A DNA stretch of 64,000 bases, from the sequence record OQ025076.1; one strand, given 5' to 3'. The DNA comes from Escherichia phage vB_EcoP_YF01. Positions 1-10,602 of this stretch are shown piece after piece. A program made the translations under genes and the position numbers. The first letter of the stretch is position 1. Each line of letters opens with the position of its first letter. Below the pieces are notes generated by a model, which saw only the letters and a program-made list of their open reading frames with translations, was not told the origin of the DNA and did no database searches.

Positions 1-1020
1 TACATATCCACAAACTTTGACGCATCACGTTCCAGTCCTATTTATGGTCGCTCCACTGAGGAGATTCTGACCCGTAACTTTGTAGGTGTTTGGACTATCC
101 GTGCTCATGGTGGTTTTGTAGCAGCTAATACTTCTTGGTCTGTTATCAACAGTGGCAGCGCAGCTCCGGCTTTAAACACTTCTGTAGTTGGTGGTAAGGT
201 GGAATCTAAATACACTAACCCAACCTCTTCCCAATATGCTCGTATGTATATTTCCTCTTCTTGGGGAAGTGTTTGCTCTGCCGTGATTGAAGCACAAGGT
301 GCAAGTACTCACGCTTATAAGTTTTATGAGGATGGCACTGTTGATTTTAGGCAGTCTGGTAAGACAAACCCATTCCGCATGTACACACCAACTGGAATTT
401 GGACTGGACTGACGGATGCGGGGCCAAACAATTTAACCACCAATGGAATGGATAGGGTGGCGATTTCTAGTGGCTCTGACACAGTGGTGCGTGGGTACTC
501 TATTGGAGGGTCTAAACCTAATGGTTATCCAACCAAGGTTGGGTATCATATGTATTTGCCGGGAAATGACGCCTTCGGTATCGCCTGTACAATTATTGGA
601 GGAGACAACGGAAGGTTCTGTCGATATTTTTACGACATAGACGGGCAGATGTATGGCTCAACTAATTATGGAAACTTTAGCTATACAAAGAGTGGTGTCT
701 CGGATGAAAACCTGAAACATAACATTGTTGATATTGATGCAGAAAGAGCTATTGAAGTAATAAAAGGACTGAAGTTCAAATCCTTTGTTTACAACGATGA
801 TGAGAAGAATCGATCTCGTCGTGGTATCATTGCACAGCAGGCAGAGATGGTAGAACCTCTGTATGTTAAGACTCGCAAATACCCAGGAATGGAGAAAGGT
901 TCTCCAGAAATTGAGCAGAAAGAGCTAGACACTACTCCAATGCTCCTTGACACTATGCAAGTAGTTCAAGATCTTCTGAAGCGTATTGAAGTTCTGGAAT
1001 CGAAGTTAGCAGAGAAGTAA
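1..1020 (+). CDS. Tail fibre/tailspike protein, C-terminal part (5' end cut by window edge) with S74-type intramolecular chaperone domain
   Basis: Frame 1 is open from nt 1 to stop at 1018-1020. C-terminus has the motif SDENLKHNIVDID...GIIAQQAE typical of the self-cleaving chaperone domain of phage tail fibres/endosialidases. Confidence 0.6.
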   Translation, partial: YISTNFDASRSSPIYGRSTEEILTRNFVGVWTIRAHGGFVAANTSWSVINSGSAAPALNTSVVGGKVESKYTNPTSSQYARMYISSSWGSVCSAVIEAQGASTHAYKFYEDGTVDFRQSGKTNPFRMYTPTGIWTGLTDAGPNNLTTNGMDRVAISSGSDTVVRGYSIGGSKPNGYPTKVGYHMYLPGNDAFGIACTIIGGDNGRFCRYFYDIDGQMYGSTNYGNFSYTKSGVSDENLKHNIVDIDAERAIEVIKGLKFKSFVYNDDEKNRSRRGIIAQQAEMVEPLYVKTRKYPGMEKGSPEIEQKELDTTPMLLDTMQVVQDLLKRIEVLESKLAEK

Positions 1021-1023
1021 GAT

Positions 1024-1046
1024 AAGCCCCTTCGGGGGGCTTTAGT
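1024..1046 (+). terminator. Rho-independent terminator-like hairpin after tail fibre gene
   Basis: AAGCCCC-TTCG-GGGGCTT stem-loop followed by a short T tract. Confidence 0.45.
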
Positions 1047-1113
1047 AGTAAGTACCCTTAGTAAGTAATGAAACTAATATATCCCAAGAGGTTAATATAT
1101 AGGAGACACTCAA

Positions 1114-1332
1114 ATGAAAATGATGAAACAAGCTGCATATGGTTTAATATGTTTAGGCGCAGGTGTTGTGGTATCCACCGCAGTTCCTGTAGGCGCAGTT
1201 CATCCATTAGTAACTGTCCCTGCTCCAGTAGAGAAGCTCAGCTCTCAATGTAAGCAGAGAACAATTCAAAATAACTTAGTTGTTATTTGCCCTGATGCTG
1301 AATCTAACGCTCTGAGAAAGATACTACCTTAA
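1114..1332 (+). CDS. Small secreted/membrane protein (possible holin or lysis accessory protein)
   Basis: AGGAGA SD 8 nt upstream of ATG; N-terminal hydrophobic segment AAYGLICLGAGVVVSTAV; sits immediately upstream of the lysozyme gene. Confidence 0.35.
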   Translation: MKMMKQAAYGLICLGAGVVVSTAVPVGAVHPLVTVPAPVEKLSSQCKQRTIQNNLVVICPDAESNALRKILP

Positions 1333-1361
1333 TTTAAAGGGACTACAAAAGGAGGTTAGAA

Positions 1362-1853
1362 ATGGATAACGTCGCATTGCCACCTGTACAACTAAACTTA
1401 AGCCCAGCTGGAATGGAATTCATCATGAAGCATGAGGGTATGAGAACAAAGGCTTATAAAGATTCCGCGGGTATCTGGACGATATGTGTAGGGGCTACGC
1501 GCGATATGAATGGTTATCCGGTTAGACAAGGATTAACGTATTCTATAGAGGATTGTCTAGCTCTGCTAGATAGAGACACACAAGACTCTGTTCGTGCTAC
1601 TCAGAAGAACATAAAGGTTCCTTTACTAGTTCATGAGTTTGATGCACTCACTTCTTTCAACTTCAATGTTGGCAGTGGGGCTTTGAGCACATCTAAGTTA
1701 AGGAAGGTAATCAATGGAGATGTTAAGGGGGATGTTTATTCCGAATTTCTTCGTTGGGATAAAATAACGGTCAAGGGAGAGAAGCAGAGAAGTCAGGGTC
1801 TTCATAATAGAAGAGTTGCAGAAGCTAATCTTTACACCGAAGGTAAATATTAA
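1362..1853 (+). CDS. Endolysin, GH24 (T4-type) lysozyme
   Basis: GGAGG SD; motif EGMRTKAYKDSAGIWTICVGAT and overall phage lysozyme-family pattern; 163 aa. Confidence 0.8.
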   Translation: MDNVALPPVQLNLSPAGMEFIMKHEGMRTKAYKDSAGIWTICVGATRDMNGYPVRQGLTYSIEDCLALLDRDTQDSVRATQKNIKVPLLVHEFDALTSFNFNVGSGALSTSKLRKVINGDVKGDVYSEFLRWDKITVKGEKQRSQGLHNRRVAEANLYTEGKY

Positions 1854-1865
1854 TGGAGGTGCCTT

Positions 1866-2669
1866 TTGGCTATCGAAACTAATGCGGTAGTTATTACCGA
1901 CTTAAACCCGCTCTATCCTAGAGACAGGGATTACATCTACGAAGGGGCGGCTCAAATCCGCCTCATTAAACAAACGTTACAGAACACATTCCCCAATGTT
2001 ACAGAACCAGTTGATATAGATTCTGACACCTTTAAGATTATGTCAGAGAAGCTCAAGTTTACTGGTGATTCAATGGATGTTGGTGGTCTTATGATCAAGA
2101 ACGTTACTCCGGGAACTGGTGACAAGGATGTTGTTACTAAAGGCCAGATGGAAGCGTTCATGAAGAACTGGATGGAAAACAAGGTATTCCGTATTGGTGC
2201 TTACTATATCACTGAAGAGGATGTTAACCCCGGTGATTCTATCTCCTTAGGGTTTGGCTCTTGGGCTAAAGTGACTGGTGTTATCATGGGTACTGGTGTA
2301 GTAAACCCTGATGGTTCTGTCCCTAATGCTCAGAGGGTTGAGTTCCAAGCAGGTGGTACTGGTGGTCGTGTCTTCAATACCATTCGAACTGAGAACGTAC
2401 CTTTGATGACAGTTAATGGCTCCAGCTTCTCTCTATCCAGTAACACTCACAGTCACAATATGGTGTTTGGTCGTGGAGATGCTAGTGGTCATAACAGCTC
2501 ACCAAACTGGTATAGCCCGGGTGGTGGTTACAGCCAGAGAACTGATAATGACACACATACTCATACAATCTCTGGTAGTGTAAGTCTTGGTCGTGATGAT
2601 ATCTCTCGTCAACCTATTAACACTTTGCCACCATTCAGAGCAGCTCACATTTGGAGACGTATTAGCTAA
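1866..2669 (+). CDS. Virion structural protein, tail fibre-like (His-rich C-terminus)
   Basis: TTG start preceded by GGAGG; C-terminal HSHN/HTHT motifs resembling metal-binding tips of phage fibres. Confidence 0.45.
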   Translation: MAIETNAVVITDLNPLYPRDRDYIYEGAAQIRLIKQTLQNTFPNVTEPVDIDSDTFKIMSEKLKFTGDSMDVGGLMIKNVTPGTGDKDVVTKGQMEAFMKNWMENKVFRIGAYYITEEDVNPGDSISLGFGSWAKVTGVIMGTGVVNPDGSVPNAQRVEFQAGGTGGRVFNTIRTENVPLMTVNGSSFSLSSNTHSHNMVFGRGDASGHNSSPNWYSPGGGYSQRTDNDTHTHTISGSVSLGRDDISRQPINTLPPFRAAHIWRRIS

Positions 2670-2678
2670 GGAGGAATT

Positions 2679-5600
2679 ATGGCGCTGTATCCAATAAAGT
2701 CACTAGGTGCTGTAGGCGTTATCGCTGATCAGGCTCCGACAGACTTAGCTCCTAATGCTTTCACTAATGCTATAAATGCTCGATTTGTTGAGCAGAGAGT
2801 ATTTAAGACGGGGGGCAATGCCCCTCTTTCTTATGTAGATGAAGATAAGGATTTAACCCCTCTGTCTTTCGTTTCTATGCCTTTCGATTATTATAGCGCA
2901 GGTAATAGCTTTCTTGTTGTAGGTACGGATAAGAAGTTATATAAACTGACAGATGAAAGCTTGACTGATATTAGCCGTAAGGTTGCTACAGTCACTAAGA
3001 AGGCTTCTGCCTCAATTAAGATTTATCCAGTTGTTTCTCAAATCGTTCCTAAAGAATCAACTATTTCAATGAACTTCAATCAGACTAAGAATCTAGAAGT
3101 TTCTCTTCTTCCTGCTGATGCTAACAATACCGATCTTGTTTGGGAGGTTAGTAATTCATCTTATGGAAGTATTACAGTAGACCCTAGTGATTCTAAACTT
3201 GCTACTCTAACATCTTTTGAGAGAGAGGGTAATCTTGTAGTAACCATCTCTACTGCTGATGATTCTGTAGTGGCTCAGATTGCTGTGAACATTATAGACG
3301 GTGATTCGGGAATCTTCTTAAGTCAGGACACTGTTACTATCCGTAAAGGAGGGACTACCACCCTCACGGCTGTTACTGGCAAGACTCCTGTAACTTGGTC
3401 CAGCAGCAATGCTTCTATTGTATCTGTAACTCCTAACGCCAATTCCCTGACTGCTGTTATTACTGCTAATGGCGAGGGCAATGTAACAATCACTGCTGAC
3501 AATGGAACGAAGACTGCTTCTTGTGAGGTTGTTTCCATACCTCAGATTGACAGTATCACCTTAAGCCAGTCAGATGTGATAGTTAGTAGAGGTTCTCAGT
3601 ACATCTTAACCGCTACCATTTCTCCTGCTAACGCCCCTAATCAAAACATTACTTGGACCTCTTCTAATCCAAATATTGCAACAGTATCAGGGACTAGTAC
3701 ACAAGGGACAGTAAATGCTTTACTCGCTGGCTTTACTGAGATTACAGCTACCACTGAAGAAGGTAACAGGGTTGCTGTCTGTACTGTACGTGTAGATTTA
3801 GCTGGAAGGACGATGAGAACAAGTGCTATGGCATTTGCCGACCCTGCATCAGAACCAACGGAGACACAAGAGGAAGAAGTAGTAACCCCTATTGAAAGTG
3901 AAGAAGTGGTTTATTTTGCTGAGCCTAAGTCCAGTATTGATACGTCAGGAATGTACGAAGGTAATAGCTTCTACGACTATTCTAACGTAAATGATATTGA
4001 AGGTTTTGCAAGAGCTTCTTTACTAGCAACTCCTTTGTCATCCGTAACTTTAGATGTTGTCAGCGCCTCTCTCGATGTTGGTGAGGAAATAGTTATCACA
4101 GCTACAGCTTCTCCAGAAGGTGATTATTCTTATCAGTGGTCTGTTGATAAGACTGGTTATGTTTCTACAACTTCAGTTACTGGTAAATCTATCAAACTGG
4201 TTGCTCTTCGTAAAGGAGAGATTAACGTAACATGTACTGTTAGTCAGATGACTCAGAAGGATTATGATGCTTTTGATGATTACCCTTGGTATCACGCTGT
4301 TATCTCTAACTGTGCGGTTGCTACAACTCACTATGAAACTCCTCAGGTAAAAGAGTTCGAATCAGAATACTTTGTAGACCTTCCGGGGTGGGGTGAGCAA
4401 ACAGTTGTTGATAATGATGGAAACCCTTCAGTTAAGAAGTTTAACTGGAAATGTGAAAGAGTAAGATCTTTTAACAACCGTCTTTTTGCTCTGAATATGA
4501 GAGAGGCTAATGCTTCTGGTGTTACCACTAACTACCCGCTTCGTCTTCGTTGGTCTAACTTTGCCAATGAGAACAAGGCTCCTACACTGTGGGATGACTT
4601 TGCCTATGATCGAGTTGTGTCTTCGGACTTAGCTTCTAACATCGTAGGGCAGACTCAGGCTCTAGAGAATGGGTATGCTGGTTACATTGACTTAGCTGAC
4701 TCTAATGGTAGCTTGATTGATATCCTGCCTCTTAAAGATTACTTGTTCGTTTACACAGAGTTTGAAACGTATATTGGTTCTCCGACTAATAACACGTACC
4801 AACCTCTAATGTTCAAGAAGCTCTTTAACGACTCTGGTATCCTTGCTCCTGAGTGTGTGGTTGAAGTAGAAGGTAGCCACTTCGTAGTTACTCAGAACGA
4901 TGTAATCTTACACAACGGTGCAACCAAGAAGTCAATTGCATCTAACCGTGTTAAGAACATGTTGATTAACGAGGTGTGTCTGGTTAACCCTCTAGCAACT
5001 CGAGTACACTTGCATCAGGATAAGAAAGAAGTTTGGGTTCTGTACGTAGGTCCGGGAGAACCAAAAGAAAGCTTCGCTTGTACTAAAGCTGCTGTATGGA
5101 ATTATGAGTTTGATACTTGGTCTTTCCGTACTATCCCATATGCTCAGTGTATCGGTCTGGTTGATCCTCCTGTTTTAGAAAGAGGCCCAATCTGGTCTGA
5201 CTTCCAAGAAATCACTTGGGATGACCCATCTATTAAAGAACTCGTTTGGAGAAAGGATGCAACAAACTTTAGACAGAGGGTTACTATAGTAGGTTCATTC
5301 TTGAAGGGATTCTATCAAGTGGATGTAGGTGCTCTTGATTACTTCTATGACAGGCTAAATGATGTTGTTATAGAGAAGCCTCTGGAAATGAGGTTGGAGA
5401 GGACTGGTATAGATTTTGATAATGTGACGAATGAGTGGAATCAGAAGCATATTAACAGGTTCCGACCTCAGACAACTGGCTCAGGTACTTACATATTTGA
5501 AGCTGGTGGTAGTCAATTCTCGAATGAATATGGACACCCACACACATCTAAGACATATACGATCGGTGTTGACAGGCATGTCTCTGTGAGACTGAACCAT

Positions 5601-5696
5601 CCATACCTTTTCTATAATGTTATAGATAATGATGTTAACAGTAATGCTGCTATCAATGGTTTAACGATAGAGTTTGCTGTTGGCGGGCGGAGATAA
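2679..5696 (+). CDS. Large structural protein with tandem bacterial Ig-like (Big_2) domains
   Basis: AGGAGG SD; repeated ~80-aa units with the pattern ...T-[AV]-T-[IV]-SP.NA.NQ/...VTA...G.A.ITA, typical of Big_2 domains; 1005 aa. Confidence 0.6.
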   Translation: MALYPIKSLGAVGVIADQAPTDLAPNAFTNAINARFVEQRVFKTGGNAPLSYVDEDKDLTPLSFVSMPFDYYSAGNSFLVVGTDKKLYKLTDESLTDISRKVATVTKKASASIKIYPVVSQIVPKESTISMNFNQTKNLEVSLLPADANNTDLVWEVSNSSYGSITVDPSDSKLATLTSFEREGNLVVTISTADDSVVAQIAVNIIDGDSGIFLSQDTVTIRKGGTTTLTAVTGKTPVTWSSSNASIVSVTPNANSLTAVITANGEGNVTITADNGTKTASCEVVSIPQIDSITLSQSDVIVSRGSQYILTATISPANAPNQNITWTSSNPNIATVSGTSTQGTVNALLAGFTEITATTEEGNRVAVCTVRVDLAGRTMRTSAMAFADPASEPTETQEEEVVTPIESEEVVYFAEPKSSIDTSGMYEGNSFYDYSNVNDIEGFARASLLATPLSSVTLDVVSASLDVGEEIVITATASPEGDYSYQWSVDKTGYVSTTSVTGKSIKLVALRKGEINVTCTVSQMTQKDYDAFDDYPWYHAVISNCAVATTHYETPQVKEFESEYFVDLPGWGEQTVVDNDGNPSVKKFNWKCERVRSFNNRLFALNMREANASGVTTNYPLRLRWSNFANENKAPTLWDDFAYDRVVSSDLASNIVGQTQALENGYAGYIDLADSNGSLIDILPLKDYLFVYTEFETYIGSPTNNTYQPLMFKKLFNDSGILAPECVVEVEGSHFVVTQNDVILHNGATKKSIASNRVKNMLINEVCLVNPLATRVHLHQDKKEVWVLYVGPGEPKESFACTKAAVWNYEFDTWSFRTIPYAQCIGLVDPPVLERGPIWSDFQEITWDDPSIKELVWRKDATNFRQRVTIVGSFLKGFYQVDVGALDYFYDRLNDVVIEKPLEMRLERTGIDFDNVTNEWNQKHINRFRPQTTGSGTYIFEAGGSQFSNEYGHPHTSKTYTIGVDRHVSVRLNHPYLFYNVIDNDVNSNAAINGLTIEFAVGGRR

Positions 5697-5700
5697 CAAC

Positions 5701-5729
5701 AAGGGGCTTCGTGCCCCTTTTATTGTTTT
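5701..5729 (+). terminator. Rho-independent terminator
   Basis: GGGGC-TTCGT-GCCCC hairpin followed by TTTTATTGTTTT. Confidence 0.55.
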
Positions 5730-5739
5730 GGAGGAACTT

Positions 5740-6708
5740 ATGGGTGCAGGTGGTTTTCGTAAGAACACTGGTCGCAATAACACCACACTCCCGTACAACG
5801 TTGGGTTTCTCAATAATGTACAGGACACAGAAACATATAACGTAGCCGTATATGATGAGCTACAAAAAGTCAGTACAGCTACTAACCAAATGTTCCAAGC
5901 TATTGACGAGATTCACGATGAGATTGATGTTCGTATCAAAGCTCTTCATGCGATGAACTTACAATTCGATGAGCTTGAGAATAGAATTACTACAGAGATA
6001 GAGACAGCTATTGCCGATATCCAAACACAGATGGGGAACCTCTCCACTGAAGATATTTGGGATAATTCTGTTCAACCCCCTGTAAAATTAGAAAGCACTG
6101 TATCTGGCTTTAAAACAAGTATTGAGGGTAACACAACTAAGATTCAAACGGTAGAAGGTATTGTCAACGACCAAGGTCAAGAGATTGCTTTAGTTCAGAC
6201 AGAGATTCAAAATATTAACGGAAGCCTCTCTCAGTATATGAAGCTTTCTGAGTATGAAGCTACATGGGGAGTTAACTCTACAGTCAACGGAAGATATGCT
6301 GGGGTCAAGCTAACCAACAACGGAACAAACAGTCAATTCCAAGTAACAGCTAACAAGTTTATTGTTGGTGATGGTAGCTCTGGTAACACTCCTTTTGTGT
6401 TTGAGGGTGGAAGAGCTAGGATGGAGTTTGCTGATATAAAGAACGTCAATATCACAACAGCTCAGATTGCCAACGCTAGAATCCAATGGGCACAGATTGA
6501 TAACGTATCTATCTCCAATGCTCAGATTCAGAACTTATCAGCGGATAAAATTACTGCTGGTTCTATGTGGGGTTCTAACTGGAGACTTACCGTTGGGGGT
6601 GACTTTGTTATGGGTGGTACAGGTGGAGCACAATTGTGGATGAATGGAAACAGGATAGACTTCTATGATGGAAGTGGTGCTCTAAGAATTAGAATAGGGA
6701 GTTGGTAA
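5740..6708 (+). CDS. Tail fibre-like structural protein
   Basis: ATG at 5740 with GGAGG SD, downstream of terminator (track start 5674 lies inside the previous gene); N-terminal coiled-coil, C-terminal repeats NVNITTAQIANARIQWAQIDNVSISNAQIQNLSADKITAG. Confidence 0.5.
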   Translation: MGAGGFRKNTGRNNTTLPYNVGFLNNVQDTETYNVAVYDELQKVSTATNQMFQAIDEIHDEIDVRIKALHAMNLQFDELENRITTEIETAIADIQTQMGNLSTEDIWDNSVQPPVKLESTVSGFKTSIEGNTTKIQTVEGIVNDQGQEIALVQTEIQNINGSLSQYMKLSEYEATWGVNSTVNGRYAGVKLTNNGTNSQFQVTANKFIVGDGSSGNTPFVFEGGRARMEFADIKNVNITTAQIANARIQWAQIDNVSISNAQIQNLSADKITAGSMWGSNWRLTVGGDFVMGGTGGAQLWMNGNRIDFYDGSGALRIRIGSW

Positions 6709-6709
6709 T

Positions 6710-7741
6710 ATGGCATATGGAATATGGACGCAACCAGTAGGGCCGGGGCCAGCAACCCCCGCTCCCTTGTTTATTGATAGTGGAAGCACTTTCCCTCAGT
6801 TCAAGAATAGCATAAGAGGAAGTTTTAACTTTAATGGAGCTGGGAGATCTTTCCCTATTAGTGGATGGGATGGTAGTGGTCAGATAATTATTGTTCCCAC
6901 TGGTTCTCTGTGCTGGCAATGGGAAGTCCCTCCTAACTTAGTCCCTGATGTTTATTGTGTAAATAACATCTATGTAGAAAATGCCTCATCTTTTAGGGTT
7001 ACCCTGAACCAGAATCCTGGCAGTAACCCCCTGTTTGATTGTGGGTTCAACGTGTATCAAATTTGGCCTAGAGCTGATAGGAATTACGGAATCACTTTCT
7101 CAAATACAGCAGACTATTTTTCCATATCAGATGCTGGGGTTGTTGGTCAATGTATTTGGGCTTGGCAGGGGGTCATAAACAATGCCCTTCAGATACCAAA
7201 TATCGGTGGGTTCAATATGACCAATGCTGTTGTATTTGCTAATTGGTCTGATGGAGGGCTCGGACTGTCTTATACCTCTGATGACAGAGTTATTCGTGTC
7301 TACCAGAACAGACCTTACGTAAACGGCAACACTAATGAGGGTGGTTCAGTGTTTGCTAGAGTTGCAGTATTCTGCAATGGGGCAGGGGTTCCGGAACATA
7401 ATGGAGGTTTGAATATCTATTCTCCGGGTACCACTCAGTGTGTCTTCTCTACTAACAGAACACCTTTCACTGTGGATACTTTTATAGGCTCAGGGGGTGG
7501 TAACACGGGAATGGCATACCCTATGATACCTCTTACTTCTGGAATAGGTGCAATAAAAGGCCAAGGTAGTGGGTGGAGATACCAGCAAATGAGATCTCAC
7601 ACAATGAGTGGTTCTAGCATAGGAACTGGCTATGGAAGGTATCTATTTCAGTGGGATCAAAATTACGATCTAGGAGCTGGCACTGTAGTTAATTTATCAG
7701 TTCCTGTAATAAATGCAGCTAAGGTTTTTGCTGGACTATAA
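6710..7741 (+). CDS. Virion structural protein (Gly-rich, fibre/baseplate-like)
   Basis: Tightly coupled to upstream gene; Gly/Asn-rich beta-type composition. Confidence 0.45.
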   Translation: MAYGIWTQPVGPGPATPAPLFIDSGSTFPQFKNSIRGSFNFNGAGRSFPISGWDGSGQIIIVPTGSLCWQWEVPPNLVPDVYCVNNIYVENASSFRVTLNQNPGSNPLFDCGFNVYQIWPRADRNYGITFSNTADYFSISDAGVVGQCIWAWQGVINNALQIPNIGGFNMTNAVVFANWSDGGLGLSYTSDDRVIRVYQNRPYVNGNTNEGGSVFARVAVFCNGAGVPEHNGGLNIYSPGTTQCVFSTNRTPFTVDTFIGSGGGNTGMAYPMIPLTSGIGAIKGQGSGWRYQQMRSHTMSGSSIGTGYGRYLFQWDQNYDLGAGTVVNLSVPVINAAKVFAGL

Positions 7742-7753
7742 TAAGGAGATATT

Positions 7754-8536
7754 ATGGCAATTAAAATGGGTATTGAAGAACTAGACCCAATGGTTCAACA
7801 GGCTTCAAAGAAGTATGGAATACCAGCTGCTTTGATTCATGCTGTCATCCAAAGGGAATCTAGTGGACGTCCTACAGTGGCTTCCGGAACCGGTCCTGTA
7901 GGTTTAATGCAGATCAGTAAAGGGTTGGCTAAAGATTATGGTTATAAATTGGAAGATAGATTAGACCCAGCAAAGAATATTGACATGGGTGCTCGGTATA
8001 TCAGAGACAACCTAAAAGCTTTTAACGGTGACGTCAAGAAGGCAATGGTTGGTTACTCTGAAGGAATAGGTGGTGCTAAACAAATGTTTGCTGGTAAGAA
8101 AGGGTTTACTCCTCAAGCTCTTGACTCAATGAACAACAAACACTTCCTCCCGTTCTATGGCGATGCAGCTTCTCAGATTGCTAATCCTATTGGTGCTTTG
8201 CAAGCTGTCCAACCAGTTAACCAGTTTAATCCTGATACGCTGGATAGGGAGAAGGCTGCTCAAGCTCCTACTCAAGCTGAAATTGCTGCTTCTAAGACAG
8301 GTGCTTTAGGTGGCAACCCAGTAGAATTTTACTCTGATGAAGTTCAAGAAGGAGAAGACCAGAAGCCTCAGCAGAATTTTGGTAATGCAGTATTAGGAGT
8401 AGCTGCTATGCTTGCTGGTAAACCTCCTACCTCTCAAACAGTTCAGAGAGTGAGCACACCTCATGCAGCAGGTTCTCAGTACAGCCCACAAACACAAGCA
8501 GTGCTTAGACGTTTGGCTAGCATTGGTATTAAGTAA
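7754..8536 (+). CDS. Lytic transglycosylase (SLT domain) virion protein
   Basis: AAGGAG SD; motif IQRESSGRPTVASGTGPVGLMQIS (catalytic E-S plus GLMQ). Confidence 0.7.
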   Translation: MAIKMGIEELDPMVQQASKKYGIPAALIHAVIQRESSGRPTVASGTGPVGLMQISKGLAKDYGYKLEDRLDPAKNIDMGARYIRDNLKAFNGDVKKAMVGYSEGIGGAKQMFAGKKGFTPQALDSMNNKHFLPFYGDAASQIANPIGALQAVQPVNQFNPDTLDREKAAQAPTQAEIAASKTGALGGNPVEFYSDEVQEGEDQKPQQNFGNAVLGVAAMLAGKPPTSQTVQRVSTPHAAGSQYSPQTQAVLRRLASIGIK

Positions 8537-8555
8537 TAATCGTTAAGGAGGACTT

Positions 8556-9608
8556 ATGTCTTTATTTGGAAAATCAGCTTCTAGCAAAACCACAGTGGCT
8601 CCTTCCTCTCAGGTTGATGCCCTGCTGAAGCAGATTGTTGCTAATGCTCAGAATATGCAGAACAACGATCAGGGATTTATTTCCCAACAGCTGGCTGGGT
8701 TTAATGGCAACCAACAAGGTGCTCTGAATAACTTAGCAGCTTCTACAACTCAAAAACAATTGGCTGATATGTACACACCTCGTACACAGCAAGGTTTGGA
8801 CCAACTGAACTCCCTTGCTCAACAGTATCAGAATATTGTCAATGGTGGTGGAGTTACGGCTGAAGGGGTTAACAACTTTAGTAAAGGTTTGAATAACTCA
8901 GCTCTTGCACAAGCTACTAGCAAAGCAGCTTCTAATGTCTCTCTTGGCAATGGCTCTGATTCTGGTTCTCTCCGTAGGGCTGCGGCTCAAGGGGCTGCTT
9001 TGAATGGTGCTAATACAAACTTGTCTCGTACTGTCAGTGGCAAGAATATGGGTGTAAGTGCTCTTCAACAAGATCAGAACTTCCAGAGAGGGTTACTTGG
9101 TGCTCAATCCGGTCTAGCTGGACAGAACCTCAACCTAGGTGCTCAAGGTGTTCAGGCAACTCAACAGGCCATTCAGAATCAACTCATGGCTGGCAATCTG
9201 CAACAGCAACAAGCCCAAGCTCAGGCTGATATTAATTGGCAGAATGCTATCGGCTCTCAGCAGTATGGATGGAATCAGCTTAACAATCAGCTTAATGTAC
9301 TAAATAGTGTAAGTCCGATGGCTGGATACACGATTAAGAATGCTGCTCCGGGGATTAATACTGGACAACAGCTCCTAGGTGCTGGTATCACTGGTTTGGG
9401 TATTGCAGGTCGTATGGGAGCTTTCTCTCCTAACCAACAGACTCAGAATGCTTGGAGTTCCTATAACAACTCAGGTGGGCAATCTGGAATGGCTGGTCCT
9501 ATGATTGGAGGTTCTAATCTTTCTCAACAGAAAGGTCAGTCTAACTGGTTATCCACAACGGGTAATAATATCTTAGGTGGGGTCTTAGGGGCATTCGGAG
9601 CAAACTAA
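8556..9608 (+). CDS. Q/N/G-rich internal virion protein
   Basis: AAGGAGG SD; strongly Gln/Asn/Gly/Ala-biased, low-complexity composition. Confidence 0.5.
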   Translation: MSLFGKSASSKTTVAPSSQVDALLKQIVANAQNMQNNDQGFISQQLAGFNGNQQGALNNLAASTTQKQLADMYTPRTQQGLDQLNSLAQQYQNIVNGGGVTAEGVNNFSKGLNNSALAQATSKAASNVSLGNGSDSGSLRRAAAQGAALNGANTNLSRTVSGKNMGVSALQQDQNFQRGLLGAQSGLAGQNLNLGAQGVQATQQAIQNQLMAGNLQQQQAQAQADINWQNAIGSQQYGWNQLNNQLNVLNSVSPMAGYTIKNAAPGINTGQQLLGAGITGLGIAGRMGAFSPNQQTQNAWSSYNNSGGQSGMAGPMIGGSNLSQQKGQSNWLSTTGNNILGGVLGAFGAN

Positions 9609-9620
9609 AGGAGATTTAAT

Positions 9621-10589
9621 ATGGGACTTTTCGGAGGCGGGGGTAGTAAGACTACTTCTCAAATGATTCGCCCTGAATACATTCAACAGTATATTGACCA
9701 GCTTAATCAACAGATTGGTAATACTAGTTCAGGGGATTATGTTTATCGTGACAATGTAGGGTTTAATAACAACCAGACAGAAGCTCTTAATAACTTGGCA
9801 CAATCTGGCGCCTTAGGGACTCTCTCACAGCAATACATGGATGCAGCAGGTCAGGGGCTAGGTTATCTAGATAATGCCTATAAAGGCTATCAGAGCCTCT
9901 CTGGGCAAGGTGGTATTACTGGAGAACAGATTGGTGCTCTCGCTGGTCAACTGTATGATAATGACGCTGTGCAAGCAGCCATTACAGCTAATAATGAACA
10001 GGTTCAACAGAACTTGGCACGTAATGCTCTTCCTCAGTTAGCTCAACAGTATGCTGGTCAGCAAGGTTCAGGTGCTCGTATGGCTAAGTCTTTTGCCCAA
10101 GGTGATGCTCTGAATCAGATGCAAGGCCAAGCAACAGATATTACCAATAGTGCCTATAACTCGGCTATTAGCCAAGCTGAAAGCATCCTCTCTGGTAATA
10201 GACAGAATCAGGCAGCTGCTCTCTCTGGTCTTTCTAATATTGGTTCTAACCTTTCTAACCTAGGTCAGCAGGGTGCTAATTTGTCTCAACAGCAAATAAT
10301 GAATCAATGGAATGCAGGGTTGCAGCAACAACAGCAACAACAGAATGAATATGATAATGCCTACCAGAATGCTCAGAACGCAGCTAATTGGGGATGGCAA
10401 GATATCAATAACCAACTCGGTGCAGCAGGTGTACTTAACGGCGCTCTCGGACAAACTACAACTACTAAAACATCTGGTGGCAAAGGTGGTTTCCTTGGTG
10501 GAGCTATGAGTGGTGCAGCAGCTGGCTCTTCCTTTGGGCCTTGGGGTGCATTAGCTGGGGGTGTAATCGGTGGGTTGGCTAGTACTTAA
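9621..10589 (+). CDS. Q/N/G-rich internal virion protein (paralogous in composition to 8556-9608)
   Basis: AAGGAG SD; Q/N-rich with poly-Q stretch; similar N-terminus (M.LFGG..SKTT). Confidence 0.5.
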   Translation: MGLFGGGGSKTTSQMIRPEYIQQYIDQLNQQIGNTSSGDYVYRDNVGFNNNQTEALNNLAQSGALGTLSQQYMDAAGQGLGYLDNAYKGYQSLSGQGGITGEQIGALAGQLYDNDAVQAAITANNEQVQQNLARNALPQLAQQYAGQQGSGARMAKSFAQGDALNQMQGQATDITNSAYNSAISQAESILSGNRQNQAAALSGLSNIGSNLSNLGQQGANLSQQQIMNQWNAGLQQQQQQQNEYDNAYQNAQNAANWGWQDINNQLGAAGVLNGALGQTTTTKTSGGKGGFLGGAMSGAAAGSSFGPWGALAGGVIGGLAST

Positions 10590-10602
10590 TTAGGAGATAA
10601 AT